Shown in pieces: positions 1 through 14,250 of a stretch of 64,000 nt of DNA (position 1 is the stretch's first letter; each line of letters starts with the position of its first letter). The position numbers and the translations under genes were made by a program. The notes under the pieces were generated by a model that was not told the DNA's origin, ran no database searches, and saw only the letters and a list, made by a program, of their open reading frames with translations. The stretch comes from Marsupella aquatica (taxonomy: Eukaryota; Plantae; Marchantiophyta), in the NCBI GenBank assembly GCA_973895155.1, contig OZ316894.1:25852709-25916708 (forward strand), read 5' to 3'.

Positions 1-2
1 TG

Positions 3-1304
3 GTGGTCGAGGGTGTACATTTGAGTCTCAATTTTGTGGTGGGGCTCATGAAGAAGCACCCCTCGATTGTTCCCTTCATGATTTACATATCAAATGAGGA
101 TAAGCATTTGGAGCGGTTCGCTGTTCGGGCCAAGTACATGACTCTTGATCCAGCAAAGAACAAGTACGTCAAATATATTCGGAACATCCGCACTATCCAG
201 GAGTACCTTTGTAAACGGGCTGATAAACATTTAGTGCCCAAAGTGAACAATACTAATGTAGATAAGAGTATTGCCCTTATTCATGCCACCGTTTTCAGCT
301 GTTTGCGGCGAAGGATGGGAGGAGAACCTCTCTGCGATGCCGCAACAAACACGGTGAAGGTGGTGGATCAAGAGTATAAGAGTCAGTATGCAGCATCCTC
401 GCTGGGTTCCAAAGGCATGTTCCAACTTATTCAGAGGAGAGGATCATCACGCCACCTCATGGCTCTAATGAACATAGACGGGTCAGTGGCCAAAGCTTGG
501 CCAATTGAGTCGGATAGTAACGGAAAAGCAGTGTCAGGATCATCTAATGGTCAGGAGAGCGGAAGTAGAACTCCTTTATATGGGCCTCTAGCTATAGGGA
601 AATCAGAACCTGTCAATCTGCAATTCGGACATTTTGGTCTGAGTGCCTGGCTGACTGATACTGGTGCAGCAAGCTATGCAACTAGCTACAACGGTAGTGG
701 TGACGGGCATAGCTCACGAGGAGAATATGAGTTGACCAGCAGTCATCCTGGATCTCCATCGTGCTCCAGCTCGCCTAAGCATGGGGAAGGGGGGGAAAAG
801 GAACTTACAGACGAGGTAGTTGTCTCTGTTAGTGATGAGGAACCAGATGAGGAGGAACCAACAGAAGCAGACAGCGATGGCGAAGCTAGCGACTGTGGGC
901 TCGAGCACATTGACGAAGATGATGCCGGATCCGTGGACGACCAGAGTGAGAGATCTGATGACGATGGTGATGACGGGTTTTGTTTAGATGACAAATTGGA
1001 GGAGCGAGATAACGTGCATGATCACCTCACAACAGGTATAAATGATAAAAGTGGCACCTTTTCTGGCAAGATAGGAGAGAGGATGCAGGTCAGGAGGTAC
1101 ACTCAAGGGCAAAGATACAAAGGAACATTGGTGGGCAGGCTGGTGGCAGAAGGGCTTTCACAAACCAGTAAGGACTCATCCGAGGTGACCACTCCTGAGA
1201 ATCGTTCTCATAATCGGTCCAAGAGTTGTCCGAACTGGGACTTCTGCTGTCCAATTTCAGAGGGCGAACCTAAAAGGACTTTGGAGTTCACAACCGAAGG
1301 ATGA
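3..1304 (+). CDS. LPA1: P-loop NTPase domain-containing protein, LPA1 / 2-phosphoglycerate-kinase-related homolog; 3' part only, gene begins before the window
   Basis: The translation [66 protein letters not shown]...NNTNVDKS matches the plant LPA1 family as I recall it. An acidic low-complexity tail follows. Stop TGA at 1302-1304. Confidence 0.88.
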   Translation: MVEGVHLSLNFVVGLMKKHPSIVPFMIYISNEDKHLERFAVRAKYMTLDPAKNKYVKYIRNIRTIQEYLCKRADKHLVPKVNNTNVDKSIALIHATVFSCLRRRMGGEPLCDAATNTVKVVDQEYKSQYAASSLGSKGMFQLIQRRGSSRHLMALMNIDGSVAKAWPIESDSNGKAVSGSSNGQESGSRTPLYGPLAIGKSEPVNLQFGHFGLSAWLTDTGAASYATSYNGSGDGHSSRGEYELTSSHPGSPSCSSSPKHGEGGEKELTDEVVVSVSDEEPDEEEPTEADSDGEASDCGLEHIDEDDAGSVDDQSERSDDDGDDGFCLDDKLEERDNVHDHLTTGINDKSGTFSGKIGERMQVRRYTQGQRYKGTLVGRLVAEGLSQTSKDSSEVTTPENRSHNRSKSCPNWDFCCPISEGEPKRTLEFTTEG

Positions 1305-2165
1305 CTTGACTTCACATTAAGCCCACAGTCCACGAAAGTATACACGTGAGAAAAGTGTCCTTGACTGGCAAGCCATTACTTTTCCTGGGGACTCTTTGAA
1401 ATGTTCATTTCTTCAAATTAACTTGAAGGAGATTCCCCCATATGTGAACTCTTTTAAATTTCAAAATGCTATGATACATCAGCACTAATGACTCCTACCT
1501 ACCAATCCGATCAGGTTTTTGTTACCCCGTCTCCCGAGTGTGCGGTTGGCTATCAGTATTTAGACAGGAAGTAGAATGGTGGATAAATCTCCTTCAATGG
1601 TGGCCTGATAGCTCTCGCTGGACGGCTTGTAGGTTTAGGGTGTGGACGTATGTTTTTCAATTCCTGCATGATAGCTTTTGCTAGCTTAGTTATGGGTTTA
1701 GTGAATCGGGCTAACCAAGGATTTGGTTGCGCAAGGGAGTCAAGACAGTCAGGGGTGTCTGGAAAATAATCCAGACGCGCTCACAAGATAGGTTTAAACT
1801 TCATACATGGGCTCCTCGGATGAGTTTCCATGCGGCTTTGTATATTCATAGGGTTTTTCGCTTGAGTGGCCCATCCTTTAAAGTTGTAGAAAACGTGCTC
1901 TATGATATGGCTTGTATCTATTGTTTTCCAACACATTCATGTACAAGAGTGACAGAAGCATACCACCCTATTAACAATAGAACCTTGGCTTGTCCTAAAG
2001 CAAAGGAAGTACCTGAATAGCAGCACGACAAATGTGCACTCGAGAATAGAGTCTTCCGACTTGCATACAGGTGCAGCAAAAACGACGGCTGGAGCTCAAT
2101 CACCATATCACCACAGAAGGCAAGTCAACTGACAAATTTGAGATAGTACGACTCAAAACTTTGCT

Positions 2166-5100
2166 TTATTTTTTGTGAGCTACAATGGTCCTGTGACGAG
2201 GGGAGCACTGCTCTTGAGTTGGAGAAGAAAACCCACGCTCCACAATGGCCATTTCAATGGGAAATGTTCGGTAATCATCGACCCACGGTTCAGTTGCTTT
2301 GAACTGCAATCATCAGAACCCACAGGAACAATTCCTTCATCAGTTTACGGACGGACCTACAGGCTTTACGAATGACTTGTGCTTAGGAGTCGAAGCAACT
2401 GGCTCACTATAATGGCCTCACTTAATGCTGTTGTCAACTAGATGTATACATAACAAGTAGACTAAGGCAAAAGTGTGAGTTAAAAACAACTTTCAACAGA
2501 AGTCGTAGTAGATTACAAGAATAGGGCATACCGCTGTGAAGGCAATCACGTTCTTAGCCATGTTTTGAAAATGAATGCTCCTGGGATCCATTTCCATGAT
2601 TGCAAGGGAACCGCCTACTTTTAGAAGTCGATGAGCTTCTTCAATAATCTGTGTCAGGACAACCCAATGCATGATGTCAAATGATGTATCCCAGCAATGA
2701 GGATCACCAATTCCAAGGGTTTGAAAATCTGTGTCAGGACAACCCAATGCATGATGTCAAATGATGTATCCCAGCAATGAGGATCACCAATTCCAAGGGT
2801 TTGAAATTTACGAACAGGCATTTCGTATTAAGCATAGTTTGATCGGCCCTTGTACCAGCCTCCACGTTTTTGCCGTTTCCTTTCATCGTTGTAGAAGTCA
2901 TCAGAACAACTCCTATTACAGGGACTGTTTCCCTCTGAAACCATTTGCCATTCAGGCGGGAAAAGTCGTACCAGCTTGACATCAAGATAACAATGACAAC
3001 AACTAATATGGATCGTGACCGTCAATTACCTTCTTGGTGGCTGAGCGAGGAAGTTCATGGCAAACCAGACACATTGACACCAGATCGTAGGCACCTGATG
3101 GTAGGCCTGTATACTCGCCAGCAGCATGTAGGAATTGAACTGAACTGCTCTTTCCCTTCATCACCACTTCACAAACAAATGAAGTCAGTCCCAAAATGAC
3201 CTCTATGAACTATTTGAAAACATTGCTTGAAGAAATGTTCACTTTAAGAGTGTATAAGTTCACCATAGGATGGGTCCCACAGCAATTTACCACTGTCAAA
3301 ATACTAGAGAAAAGCTGCAATTCATAGGCTTACCCTTTCCTTTAGATTGTAGTTGGCAACCGAAATAAAATATGGTGAAAGGTCAACACCAACAGTATGC
3401 GCGTCAGGGAAAACCTGAATCGTTCACACATGGTAAGGAAATGTCACAAGGCGGGGGGGGGCATCTTTTTTATGCTATAACGACAGCCTAAATTCAGAGA
3501 ATCGACCAAGAGTTTTGTGTTGTATACTGGAGGCCACAGTTAAACCAGGGATATACTACAACTGCCGGCCGACAGACGGACCAAGAGTGAAACAGTAAGT
3601 GAAATTCAAAGCTATTCTATCCTAACCTAGCACGTGCGCAAGAGTATAGAGAGTGTCTTCCTTGGGAATGCTCAATCGTTTCGACATTTCTAGCAGACTC
3701 AGTTTCAAGTGAAATTTGGAGGAAAACCTCATGGAGGCCAAAAGTGCTGAGACCACTTGAGCAGCCAATGTCCACGATTGCTTGCGGGGACCTCTTGAGC
3801 ATAGGTACCATAGTTGAATGATAGGAATTTCTCAGCCTGACGTCTCCTTCTGGATCCAACCTGTTTCTCTGCCAGTTGCCAGAAACTACGGAAAATAAGA
3901 TCTTGCCCACACATGTATGACTTTCAGGAGTAGATAAAGGGTTCCATCCCCATGATCGCTTCAAATTTGGCAGTCCAAGCAAATTGAACCACACACTTGT
4001 CTGCATAAACTCTGTGCTTCACAACCAAGCGTGCTATGATCCATAATCCCCTTCCCCCCCCCCCCCCCCCGCCCCCCCGTGCGCAAAAAAGAACACCACC
4101 GCCATCCCCTTAGTGCCTTTGTACAATTTAAGCTCCACCATCAACCCAGCAGGAGTCGTTCAAAGTCACCTCAGGATCAAACGTAGTTGCGTGGACTGAC
4201 TTGGCTGCAAGCTCCGCCTCCCATGCAGCATCCCATGACAAATTGCCCTTTTCATAAGCATGAAAAGGTTTAAGGTAATACTGGAAGCACACAATAGAAA
4301 AGAAAGATAAGGATCAAGGGATTTCCATGCAGTGCTGACAGTAAGCCCGAAACTCTAGTTGGATTAAGATCTCACATTACCTCTTTAATTTAATGTTTAC
4401 GCGTGTAAGCTATGCCATCGATAACAAAGCTGTGGGTTCAAGATTACCCAAGGCTGCTTCTTGCATGATGCCTTCTCTAGTAGCTTTTTAAAGCCAAGTT
4501 TGTTTAAATTGAATTACACTTGCAACGACTGATGCTCTACACTGTGACAGCTCTTGACCAATGCCCACTGAATATAATTTTTACTCACAGAAAGGCCGAA
4601 AGCCATCTAGCCCTCGGTGTGCCGTAAGGAGTCTAGAAAATGATTTATAGGTACCTCTACAATAGAATAATCAACCTCTCCGTACGGTCAAAGACAGGAT
4701 GCAGGGGATCATTGCGATAAGCTTTTCAGAGAGGGTAAAAACACTAAGCAAAGTGCTTCCCAGAGCGCCAAACATAATAAAAGAAGCCTGAGTGAAACAA
4801 TAATGATGCATTAACTGCTGAGGGAATTTACTTCAGGGTATTCGATGTACTTGTTGCGAATTTGCTTTATCTCGTCCTCCCAGTTGTGTTGACGCAGTTT
4901 GGCAAGCGTGGGAGGCCAGGGATATCCAATTTCAGCACCTCTTTCGATGATCATATTTCTAGCTCGACCGGCTGCAAACCGGAAAAACGGCTGGAACTGG
5001 AAAAGTGCATTGACTGCACCAGCCACTAAGTTCATGGATGACTGCGCTCCATCCTCCGTGTACTGTATCGACGGGCGAGCTTCAGTTTGTGGTGCTGCGA

Positions 5101-5379
5101 AGTAGTTGCATCTCACGTACGTTGTAGTGCAGACTTTCCGGTCCGAAGCATCACCAAATGGGCGAAGATTTGCCACTCTGCGACAATCCTGTGATACAAC
5201 TCTCCGTCATTCTCCATGATCTGTCAGATTGGCTAGGAAAGACCGCTTTGGATATGTAGTGGAACTACAGAAGAGACATCTTTGGCCAGAGAACGGCTCA
5301 CCTGATCGACAGACTGACAGACACCTACCGTAAGACCGGACATGGCATTGATAGACGTCATGCCCGTCGTTGCCATCAT
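2166..5379 (-). CDS. Class I SAM-dependent methyltransferase (cyanobacterial-type Methyltransf_11/25 family, possibly plastid-targeted), 8 exons, ~382 aa
   Basis: Manual GT-AG model, all introns phase 0: 5379-5302, 5188-4832, 4280-4170, 3868-3728, 3414-3334, ~3155-3030, 2648-2532, 2303-2166. Motifs: YPEYYLKPFHAYEKGNLSW, IVDIGCSSGLST (motif I), GVDLSPYF, YDLVSMCLVCHELP, EAHRLLKVGG, TEPW...SPRHRTIVA. Confidence 0.88.
2646..2806. repeat. 80-bp tandem duplication (2 copies) at the 3' end of methyltransferase intron 6
   Basis: aatctgtgtcaggacaacccaatgcatgatgtc...gggtttgaaa begins at 2646 and again at 2726. Confidence 0.9.
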
Positions 5380-7723
5380 CGTCCACGGGCTGCTGCAGCC
5401 GAGATGCGTGCAAGACTCAAATCATCCACCAACCTGCGCCAAAGACTCAAAAATCAACCTCCAAGCTGCGAGCCCGAGTCAAATCATCCATCGAGCTGCA
5501 CGCAACGAGCAAATGGGGAGATGATGTGAATGGAATGCGTCCTTACAATCCTTCCTGCTGATCAGCTCGATTTGGCTTCCCTTCTGTTTTCAACTTCTCG
5601 AGCTGCAGCTGCAACTCTCGCCACGAGAGCAGAGAAAGAAGAGCGAGAGAGAGAAGGAGCGAAAGAGAAGAGAGCGAAGAGATACTTATGTTCTTGAGCA
5701 GAAAATATCGTAAATGTAACGATATGTGGATTTCACACATGCCTGTCACGATAAGGTGTTGGCGATTCCCTCAATCTGAGCCGTCAGACGTGGGAGTTTT
5801 TAGCCTAAGAATATGTAAATGGAAGCTAAATGCATTATAACACATAATTATCGAGCTGAGCAATTGTTATTATGATTAGAATTAGCTCAATACCCGAGCA
5901 TTGCACAAGAGTTGTGTAGTGCCATCGTTGGCCTGATGGGCAAAAGATGCCCTTTGCGGAAAAGATATCATTGCCCAAAAGATGATATTTGCTGAGAATT
6001 AAGATGATGCTGTTGGCATGCACAACCAAGTTCTATTGGGCTCTGGCCTAGTCCCAAACCACATCAGCTGAGGGTGTCCCTTCATTTGGGGCATCCTGTT
6101 CCAGACCCCATTCTCTTGATGTCAATGTTGTTATTGTCTCTCCCGACACTTCAGTTAATATCATCGTTATGTTTGGCCTACCTCTCACGCCTTAGAGCAT
6201 CTGCACCAATGCTTGCCTTCGGGCTCCGGGCTGGCATTTTGCAAAATATACAGGGTTAATGCACTTTGTTGGGTTGCACCGGTGCCCCGCATCACAAAAT
6301 TTTATGCAGGTGTTTGCATCCAAACTTTTCCCAACCAGAATACTTGCCCTTTTTCCAGGTCTATATTCCCCTTTTGCCAATGCTGCCAAACTTCATCTAT
6401 GCTTCAGCCCACGTCATATGTTCACATCCCAAGCAACCTGCAGTGGTCCCTCACTTTTATGAAATTGGCACCAGCGTCTGTACATTCGAAGCCAGAGCCT
6501 TACCAAAGCTTGTCGAGTGTGCTCTGCCATGCTCATTGAGTGTGCTGCACAGTAGAGTACACATTTTGGACAGATGTTTTGCTGCAAGCCTCTTGTAGTC
6601 CGGACTCCCATTCTCAGGCATCTTTTTACAAGGCACAGGTGCAACGCCTATTGTGCACCCGGCCCATATCACAATGCTCGTACCTGTTTACATTTGTTGA
6701 AATTTGCCAAAAAGAGGCTACTTCAGAGGTTCACCTGCGCCAATCAATGTCCTTGCTGTAGCCATCAGACCCTAAATTGATGGCTTGTCTTTAGAAAAAT
6801 AACTAAAGAAACTTGTTTGCAAGTGTTCAGCACCCTTGCCAGTAGCACACTGTAGCAAACCTCAAATCTTTTGTCTCAAAAGCAAATGTGGATGATCACT
6901 CAAGTCATTCCCTATTGTTCGAGCATGACGTACATATACACCAAAAAGACTCACAAGGGACGGATCACAGGAAGCTGTCAGCCCAGCACATGGCCCTGTA
7001 GCAGAAGAATGCAAAAATTGAATGAAGGGCTGTACTCAGAGCATTCCCAGCCGTCTGGGTATATATCCAAGCACACCAGGACAATTTTACCGCACCCTCA
7101 CCCTTGGAGACCCATAACAACCCATAAATTGTAACTCAGTTATAGCTCATAACATAAAACACTGTTACGGCCAGGACAAAATCACTATGGGCTACCAAAA
7201 TACATACCCCATAAGGGTGATACATCCAAAAAAATTAAACCATAACACTTTGGTTACGGGAGAAATTTGACACGCCCTATTATTTCTCCCTTAAAGGAGA
7301 CCTGTAGCAGTACTATAGACACTTGAGAGTCTCCCCTCAGGATGTCTTTGCGGCCCATCATTGACACCCCCTAATAGAACCTCACTTGTGTACCCAAAGC
7401 CATGGAGGGATTTTACAGTCATGAGTCTGAGGCTATGGGCTGGCAAGAGTATGGGGCACTGGGTAACCCCCTTGCCAGCCTAGCCTGGGATGATGATGAG
7501 ATTTTGGCCCTTGGCTATCCTGTCTGGAGGGTTTTCCAACTTCAAGCACAATTTTTGGGTAAAACTTAGAGCAAAATTAAACCTGGGGTTAAGAGCTTGT
7601 TAACCCATGGTCACCCAGGGGCCATGCTGCACATCCCCCCCCCCCTCTCCTTCACCGCCCTCAAGGATTACATCCATAAAACCCCCTTGGGCCATGGGTT
7701 ACCCTACACTTTACCGTCTTTGC

Positions 7724-7797
7724 CACGAAACTTGGGGAATTGATACGAAACTTGGCGAATGATACGAAACTTGGCGAATGATGCGAAACTTGGCGAT
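7724..7797. repeat. ~19-bp minisatellite (acgaaacttggcgaatgat x ~4) upstream of VPS11
   Basis: Direct tandem units visible in the sequence, with minor substitutions. Confidence 0.8.
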
Positions 7798-8446
7798 GGT
7801 ACTAAACTCAAGTCTTGCGAAGAGACTCGTTGCGTCAGTGTTGTTTCGGGCACCCTTCCCAGCTCTTTTCTTTGTACAAAATCACATCACGTTGCCACAG
7901 GTGGATGGCCCGGGGCAGGGAGAACCAACTCTACTTCGCAGTACAGTCTATTCCATTTGTGTCGAATGGAAAGCTGTACGGAGAAGTTAAGTCCAATAAC
8001 ATCACATCAAGGGGGCACATAGTCACATTTCAGACGATCAAGAAAAGCAGGCCAGGACTTGGATTTTGCAAGTAGTGAATCACAGCTTGGCTGCGTGCAC
8101 AGGCTCACACACCTAGAAAGATCGACGAGAGTTTGTTCTGTGTTTCTCATGCTGGCTGCCATGGATGAATTCTTCACAGCATCCGCTTTTCTCGGTCCAA
8201 CCTATTTGGAATCCACGCCTTCCTTCATTGGAGATCTGCGTCATATGTCGGCCTCGTGTGTCGGGAGTTCGGTAGTTGGTCAGCAGTGCTAGCAGAGCAA
8301 GAGCAGCGCAGCGATTGAGGCAGCAGCGATTTTTTGCTGCCGGGTTGTAGTAGTGTAGTTGGAATACGAAGTTGTAGTACAGGACCGAGAACGATCAGGG
8401 ATTACGGAGAAAGGAGCAGATCTAGAGCGGGCAAGGACTGTGCAAG

Positions 8447-11400
8447 ATGTATCAATGGAGGAACTACCAGTTTTTCGAAGAGAAGGCGACAGGCGGTGGG
8501 ATGGCTGGAGAGCTCAAGGAGAAGGTGGAATGCAGCACCAGCGGGCGGCGCCAGATTTCTCTAGGCTCAGAGGATGCAATGGTGAATGTCCTGGATCGGG
8601 GACTGAAGCTACGCTACAGTTTCCAGGCCCACTCTACTCGCATTCACTTCATTCAGCAGCTCAAGGTTCCTCTCCCACCAATGATTCGCTCCTCACTGCC
8701 ACTTGCAGTTGGTGCTGTTGAACTTGAGAAGGCTTTAAATTCTATTCGCCACACGAGACTGGACACATGTTGTTGAGAAGCCCATAATGTCCTACGAAAG
8801 CTGAGTTTTACAGATGACCTTGGGTTTTGAACCCTAGCTTGTTGCATGAAATTTTATTGGAAAAACAATTCTCTCACCCGTAATTTTAGCATCTACCCCT
8901 GCTCTGGTGTCGAGGGTGCTAGAAAAATGTATAGGAACGATAAGTTCGATTGTTGTGACGACTTCCGTAGTTGGGTTGAGTAAATTTTCCGACTTGTGAG
9001 ACTCATGTTATTTTGTCGTTGTGGCTTTGCTGGAGACAGCAACGGAATACACTTGTATCAGTCGGAGAAGATGATACATCCACGCCTCGTGCATCCGCCC
9101 TCACTTTGAAGATGTGGGATTTGGACAAGATACTGCCGGAGGGTTCAAGCACTACTGGTCCAGCTCTTGTTCGAACTTTGCGTATCTTTACATCTAAGTT
9201 CCCTGAATCCAAGGTACGTAGACCCTGTCTACTACCCTGCTAGAAAGTCGTAATCTCTTAAAAGGGACGGAGAATAAAATCGAGACTAGTTTCAGTTCTT
9301 TCTGTCATATAGGTAGCGTCTGAACCAAAGTCATGGGTTATTTAGAAGGACTTCAGCAAGGGAGATATGGTTGTGAACTTCATAATTTTAAACTCTCCTA
9401 TGCGGACATTGACATCGAATTGTTGGCTCTCAGATCACATCTTTTCTAGTTTTTGAGGAGGCACCTCCAATCCTGCTAGTATGTGTAGGACTCGACAACG
9501 GTTACATTTATTGTATCAGAGGAGATGTGGCACGGGAGCGTGTGTCAAGGCTGAAGTTAAATGTTGATCCAGCTACAGACACGAAGCCAGCTTCTCCAGT
9601 CACAGGCCTGGGTTTCCGAGTAGACGGTGCAGCGCTTCAGCTCTTTGCACTGAGTACTGTCTCTGTCAATCTATTCGATATGCATCAACAGCCTCCTGTT
9701 AAGCATCTATTGGACCATCTTGATGAGGAAGGCCAGAGCATGACTATGAGTGATAAGCAGGTTAGTACTTTACTGACACTCGTTTGTTATGTAGTTTGGG
9801 TTGCATCTGTTGTATTTGCTTACTCAGAAGCAGCAGTAAGGGATCTTTGACCGATGGGAATTACAAGTCCACTGGACTCACTCCAGTTTCATTGAGGTTT
9901 TGCTGTGGTAGATGTCAAAGTATTATCAGCTAGGACGAACGACAATGCACACGGAATGACAATAAACCCTAAATCCTTGTTTCCAGATAAATATGTTAAA
10001 TCCCGAAAATAACCAAAGAATTATAAACCCTCGTTTGACTGTAATTTCTACTCACAAACAGGTTTTTCTTTATAGTACGATGGTGCTTCCGTAATGCATA
10101 ATTAGCTTTTAAATATGGAGCACTTACATGCAAGGCAGTAAGCAATTGAAATTCGATTAGCCCAGCACTCTGCACCAATCAATTATCAGTATAGTGTAAG
10201 CATTACCATGTGCTCACAGATTTATGAATCGATATTTACAAGGTACTGAATATGCAACCAGCTGAACTGAGTAATCGGAAATGCCAGAGGCACTTTGTTG
10301 TACGTTATAATCTCAAGAAGGTGTCTAGCTGTAAGTAACTCATGTCATCTGAAATCTGAAAACCCTATCGCACGTTGTACAGGAGCTTGTCGTCGGAACA
10401 TCGAAGGCTGTTTACTTTTATGAGGTTGATGGACGGGGACCTTGCTGGGCATTTGACGGCGAAAAGAGATATCTAAGCTGGTTCCGGGGGTATCTTTTGG
10501 CTGTCACAGCTCATCCAGAAAAACCAGACAAGAATGTATTCACGATCTATGATTTGAAGAATAAATTGATTGCATACAGTAAGGAGGTTGGAGATGTGGC
10601 TCACATCTTGTGTGAGTGGGGTATCATCACAATTATTACGAGAGACCAGAAGGTGCTGTGTGTGGCGGAGAAGGATATGGGCAGCAAACTGGCAATCTTA
10701 TTTAAGAAGTACCGATACACTGTTGCAATTAACCTAGTTCAGAGTCAACATGCCGATGCCGCAGCTACAGCTGAAGTAATGCGGAAGTATGGGGATCACT
10801 TGTATGAAAAGCAGAATTATGATGAATCAATGCAGCAGTACATTCGCACTATCGGGCAGTTGGAGCCATCCTATGTAATTCAAAAGTTCTTAGATGCCCA
10901 GCGAATACACAACCTAACAAACTATTTGGAAAAGCTACACGAAAAAGGTTTGGCTACTGCAGATCACACAACACTGCTCCTTAATTGTTATACAAAACTC
11001 AAGGACGTGAACAAACTGGATAAATTTATTAAGGGGGATGGGAGTGGGGAAGGAGAACATCGTTTTGATGTGGAAACCGCGGTAAGGGTTTGCAGGTCTG
11101 CTGGATACTACCAACATGCACTCTATGTTGCTAAACGAGCTGGAGAGCATGAGTCGTACTTGAAAATTCTGCTGGAAGACCTTGGGAGGTATGACGAGGC
11201 TCTGCAATATATATCCAGCCTCCCACTCTACGAAGAGGCGGTCACCCTGAAGCAGTATGGGAAGATTCTTGTCGGGCACAAAGCAGCTGAAACGACGGCA
11301 GCATTAATGAAACTTTGCACGGGTAGCGATGAGGGGAGCACCTCGAATGGGACTACGAGTAATTCCGGAAACGGGAGCTTTTTGCCTTCCCCAGTGGATT

Positions 11401-13158
11401 TTGTACATGTGTTTATAGACCAGCCCAAATGGTTGATGAAATTTTTCGAAGAGTATATCGAGAAGGTAAAGGATTCTTTGGCTAATGTCGAGATTCATAA
11501 CACACTATTGGAACTTTATTTGTCGGAAGATCTACGCACCCCTGTGCTTTCGAAGGTACCCAGTAAAGAGAACTCGAAAGATCAAGACCACTTTTCTATC
11601 TGGGGTGTAAAGTCCAAGTCTTCGAAAGCTCTGGTGGGGAACGGCACTCCTCCTACAAAGGGAAAGGCCACAGCCAAAGAGAAATCCGCAGGCAGGTCAG
11701 AAAAGGGGGCAAGTGAGGAACGATCAGACAGGCTGAAGAAGGCTTTGACTCTACTAAAACATGGTTGGGGTCCGCATGAGCAGGAACCCCAATATGACGT
11801 AGATCTTGCTCTGGTGATGTGTCAAATGCACAAATTCAGAGATGGGCTGCTATTTCTGTACGAGAAGATGAAACTCTATAAGGAAGTTGTAGTAGTGTAC
11901 ATGACAGATGGAGACTACCAGGGATTGATATCCTGCTGCAAGCGACTTGGTGATTCTAGCCGTGGAGGGGACTCTTCTCTCTGGAGCGATGTTCTTACTT
12001 ACTTTGGAGAACGAGGAGAAGATTGTTCCAAGGAAGTAAAGGAGGTTCTAGTTCATATCGAGCGTGAAAATTTAATGCCGCCATTAATAGTCCTGCAGAA
12101 GCTGGCTAAGAACCCAACCCTCAAATTGTCTGTTGTAAAAGATTACATTGCACGACAGATTGAGCAGGAGACGCGACACATTGAAGAAGATCGCAGAGCT
12201 ATTGACAAATATCAGGTAACCTAACATTGTTTAAATACAGTGTCTGTACTAACTATTTACTTTCATTAGCTACCAGGCATAAGTTTGAGGTATCGCTACA
12301 GAAGTAGTTTGGCTGTTGGACTCAGTGTAGTGCAATGCTCAAAACCAATCGAAGACCGCGCCACGCGTTCAGTTTTTCTGAGCAAGTCGTAGACTTCAGA
12401 AACTGAAAGATCATTCAGGCGTCAAATTCTCTTGTCAATCCCATGGAGATAACGCAAGTTGTCCCTGTTCTACGGATCTACGAGTTTCGGAATTGATTTT
12501 AAAATTCCTTTCAAGACTGATTTCAAGGTTTTATGGGATATAGCTTATCAAGACTAATTTCGTGTCTCTCTTGGATCAAGCTGCCTATAATCGAATTAAG
12601 GATCCTCTGCAAAAAGGAATCCTCTCTTGCGTTGCATGTTACTTGTTTGAATTCGAATAGAGAATTTTTTATCTCTTGGATTCATAGTTTGTCTTTGTGC
12701 GCAATTGTGTAATGATTTTCTGTTGGATGAAATTTCAGGAAGACACTGCTGCCATGCGAGCGGAGGTTCATGAGCTTCGAACAAATGCCCGCATTTTTCA
12801 GCTTAGCAAGTGTACTGCATGCACATCAGCACTTGACCTTCCAGCTGTTCACTTCCTATGTATGCATTCATTTCACCAGCGTTGCCTTGGGGATAACGAG
12901 AAAGAGTGCCCTGTTTGTGCCCCTTCCTACAGGCAGGTGCTGGATATGAAAAGAAATTTAGAGCAGAATGCAAACGATCATGACCAATTCTTTCAGCTAG
13001 TTCGTAATTCCGAGGATGGGTTTTCAGTCATAGCAGATTACTTTGGAAGAGGCATCTTCAGCAAATCGCGAAGTCCTGCTAGTGCTAGTGCCCCTACTGA
13101 ACTTGTTAGAACAAATACGAATACATCATTTTCAGAAGCTTTGAAGCTCCCTGTGTGA
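8447..13158 (+). CDS. VPS11: Vacuolar protein sorting-associated protein 11 (HOPS/CORVET core subunit), 5 exons, ~990 aa
   Basis: Exons 8447-8665, 9040-9213, 9434-9760, 10383-12215, 12739-13158 (GT-AG, in frame). N-terminus MYQWRNYQFFEEK; clathrin-repeat region YGDHLY...EPSYVIQKFLDAQRIHNLTNYLEKLH...HTTLLLNCYTKLKD; C-terminal RING CTAC...LDLPAVHFLCMHSFHQRC...CPVC. Confidence 0.96.
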
Positions 13159-14132
13159 GTAGAACGAAAATTGAGAACTTTTACGGCAAGGTTCTTCCGT
13201 CTTTGGAACTATATTGGAGTAACAATGTACATATATCCAGCTTTGTCTTTGAATGGAGTTATCGTCTAGAGGCTTCACTCTGGACCCTGGCCTTTGAAAG
13301 TAGCTTATGGTCACGATTTATTAGAAAGATGTGCTTGATGGGGCCCCTAGCATAACCTTTTACCTGACTGGACCTATGAAACTTTTCTTACCAACTAGGA
13401 CCCCTCTTGATGAGTCGCACAACCTGTTCTTGTGTGGAGCTAACTGTGTACTCCACCACAAAAGGCACCTCAGACACCACTGTGCTCCCAAGCCCAGTCC
13501 ACATTTAGTCCCTAATGTTGGGGCTCCTATTGTTGAGACCATGTCCCCAATACCCGCTTCACCTTAGTTGCTTGGAAAGACTAAAATGTGGAGGAGGGGC
13601 ATACTGAAAATAGTTGTTTCTTCATCCTTACCCGGTAGTTGATTTGCATTTCTTCATCCTTACACAATTCAGGTTTGGCTAGTGGGAAATAACATGAATG
13701 TTGTCTTTGTTCACCACTTGGATGGTTGGAAGTGGCCATGTCAAAGCAGACACCGTTCAAGCAAGGCCAACGGCCCGTGGTAGACCTTAGCACAATTTGC
13801 TACTAAACCATGACAGACCACTGACAAATTATGATCTTGTTCAGAAGGACTAATATCTGTATTCCTTGTGAACATAATGTTTGGCATAGAAACTTGCCCA
13901 CATCCTCCTGCAGCTAAAGTAGCTTGTACATCACTTATCAGTAGCCTATGTTAATTCCCTGGTCCAATTCTTTGGATCCCAGAGTGCATCAAAACAGAGG
14001 AGACCCCAGATACGATAAAAGTGGACTCCCATTTTTGCCTTAATTATATTATATATACATACATAGATCCATAGATAAAAAGCAGCATCCAGAGGAAATA
14101 ACCGATGCAGGCAGAGTTTACACACATTTGTG

Positions 14133-14250
14133 TAAGGTTATAAAACCATATAACTTTTTTAAATACATTGCCACTGAAGATCTTTGAATTTAAGGTTATA
14201 AAACCATATAACTTTTTTAAATACATTGCCACTGAAGATCTTTGAATTTA
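14133..14250. repeat. 59-bp tandem duplication
   Basis: taaggttataaaaccatataacttttttaaatacattgccactgaagatctttgaatt occurs twice, head to tail. Confidence 0.85.

Noticed and set aside
4047-4078. C-homopolymer tract as a functional element
   Set aside because: Intronic low-complexity run with no supporting context; its length is unreliable.
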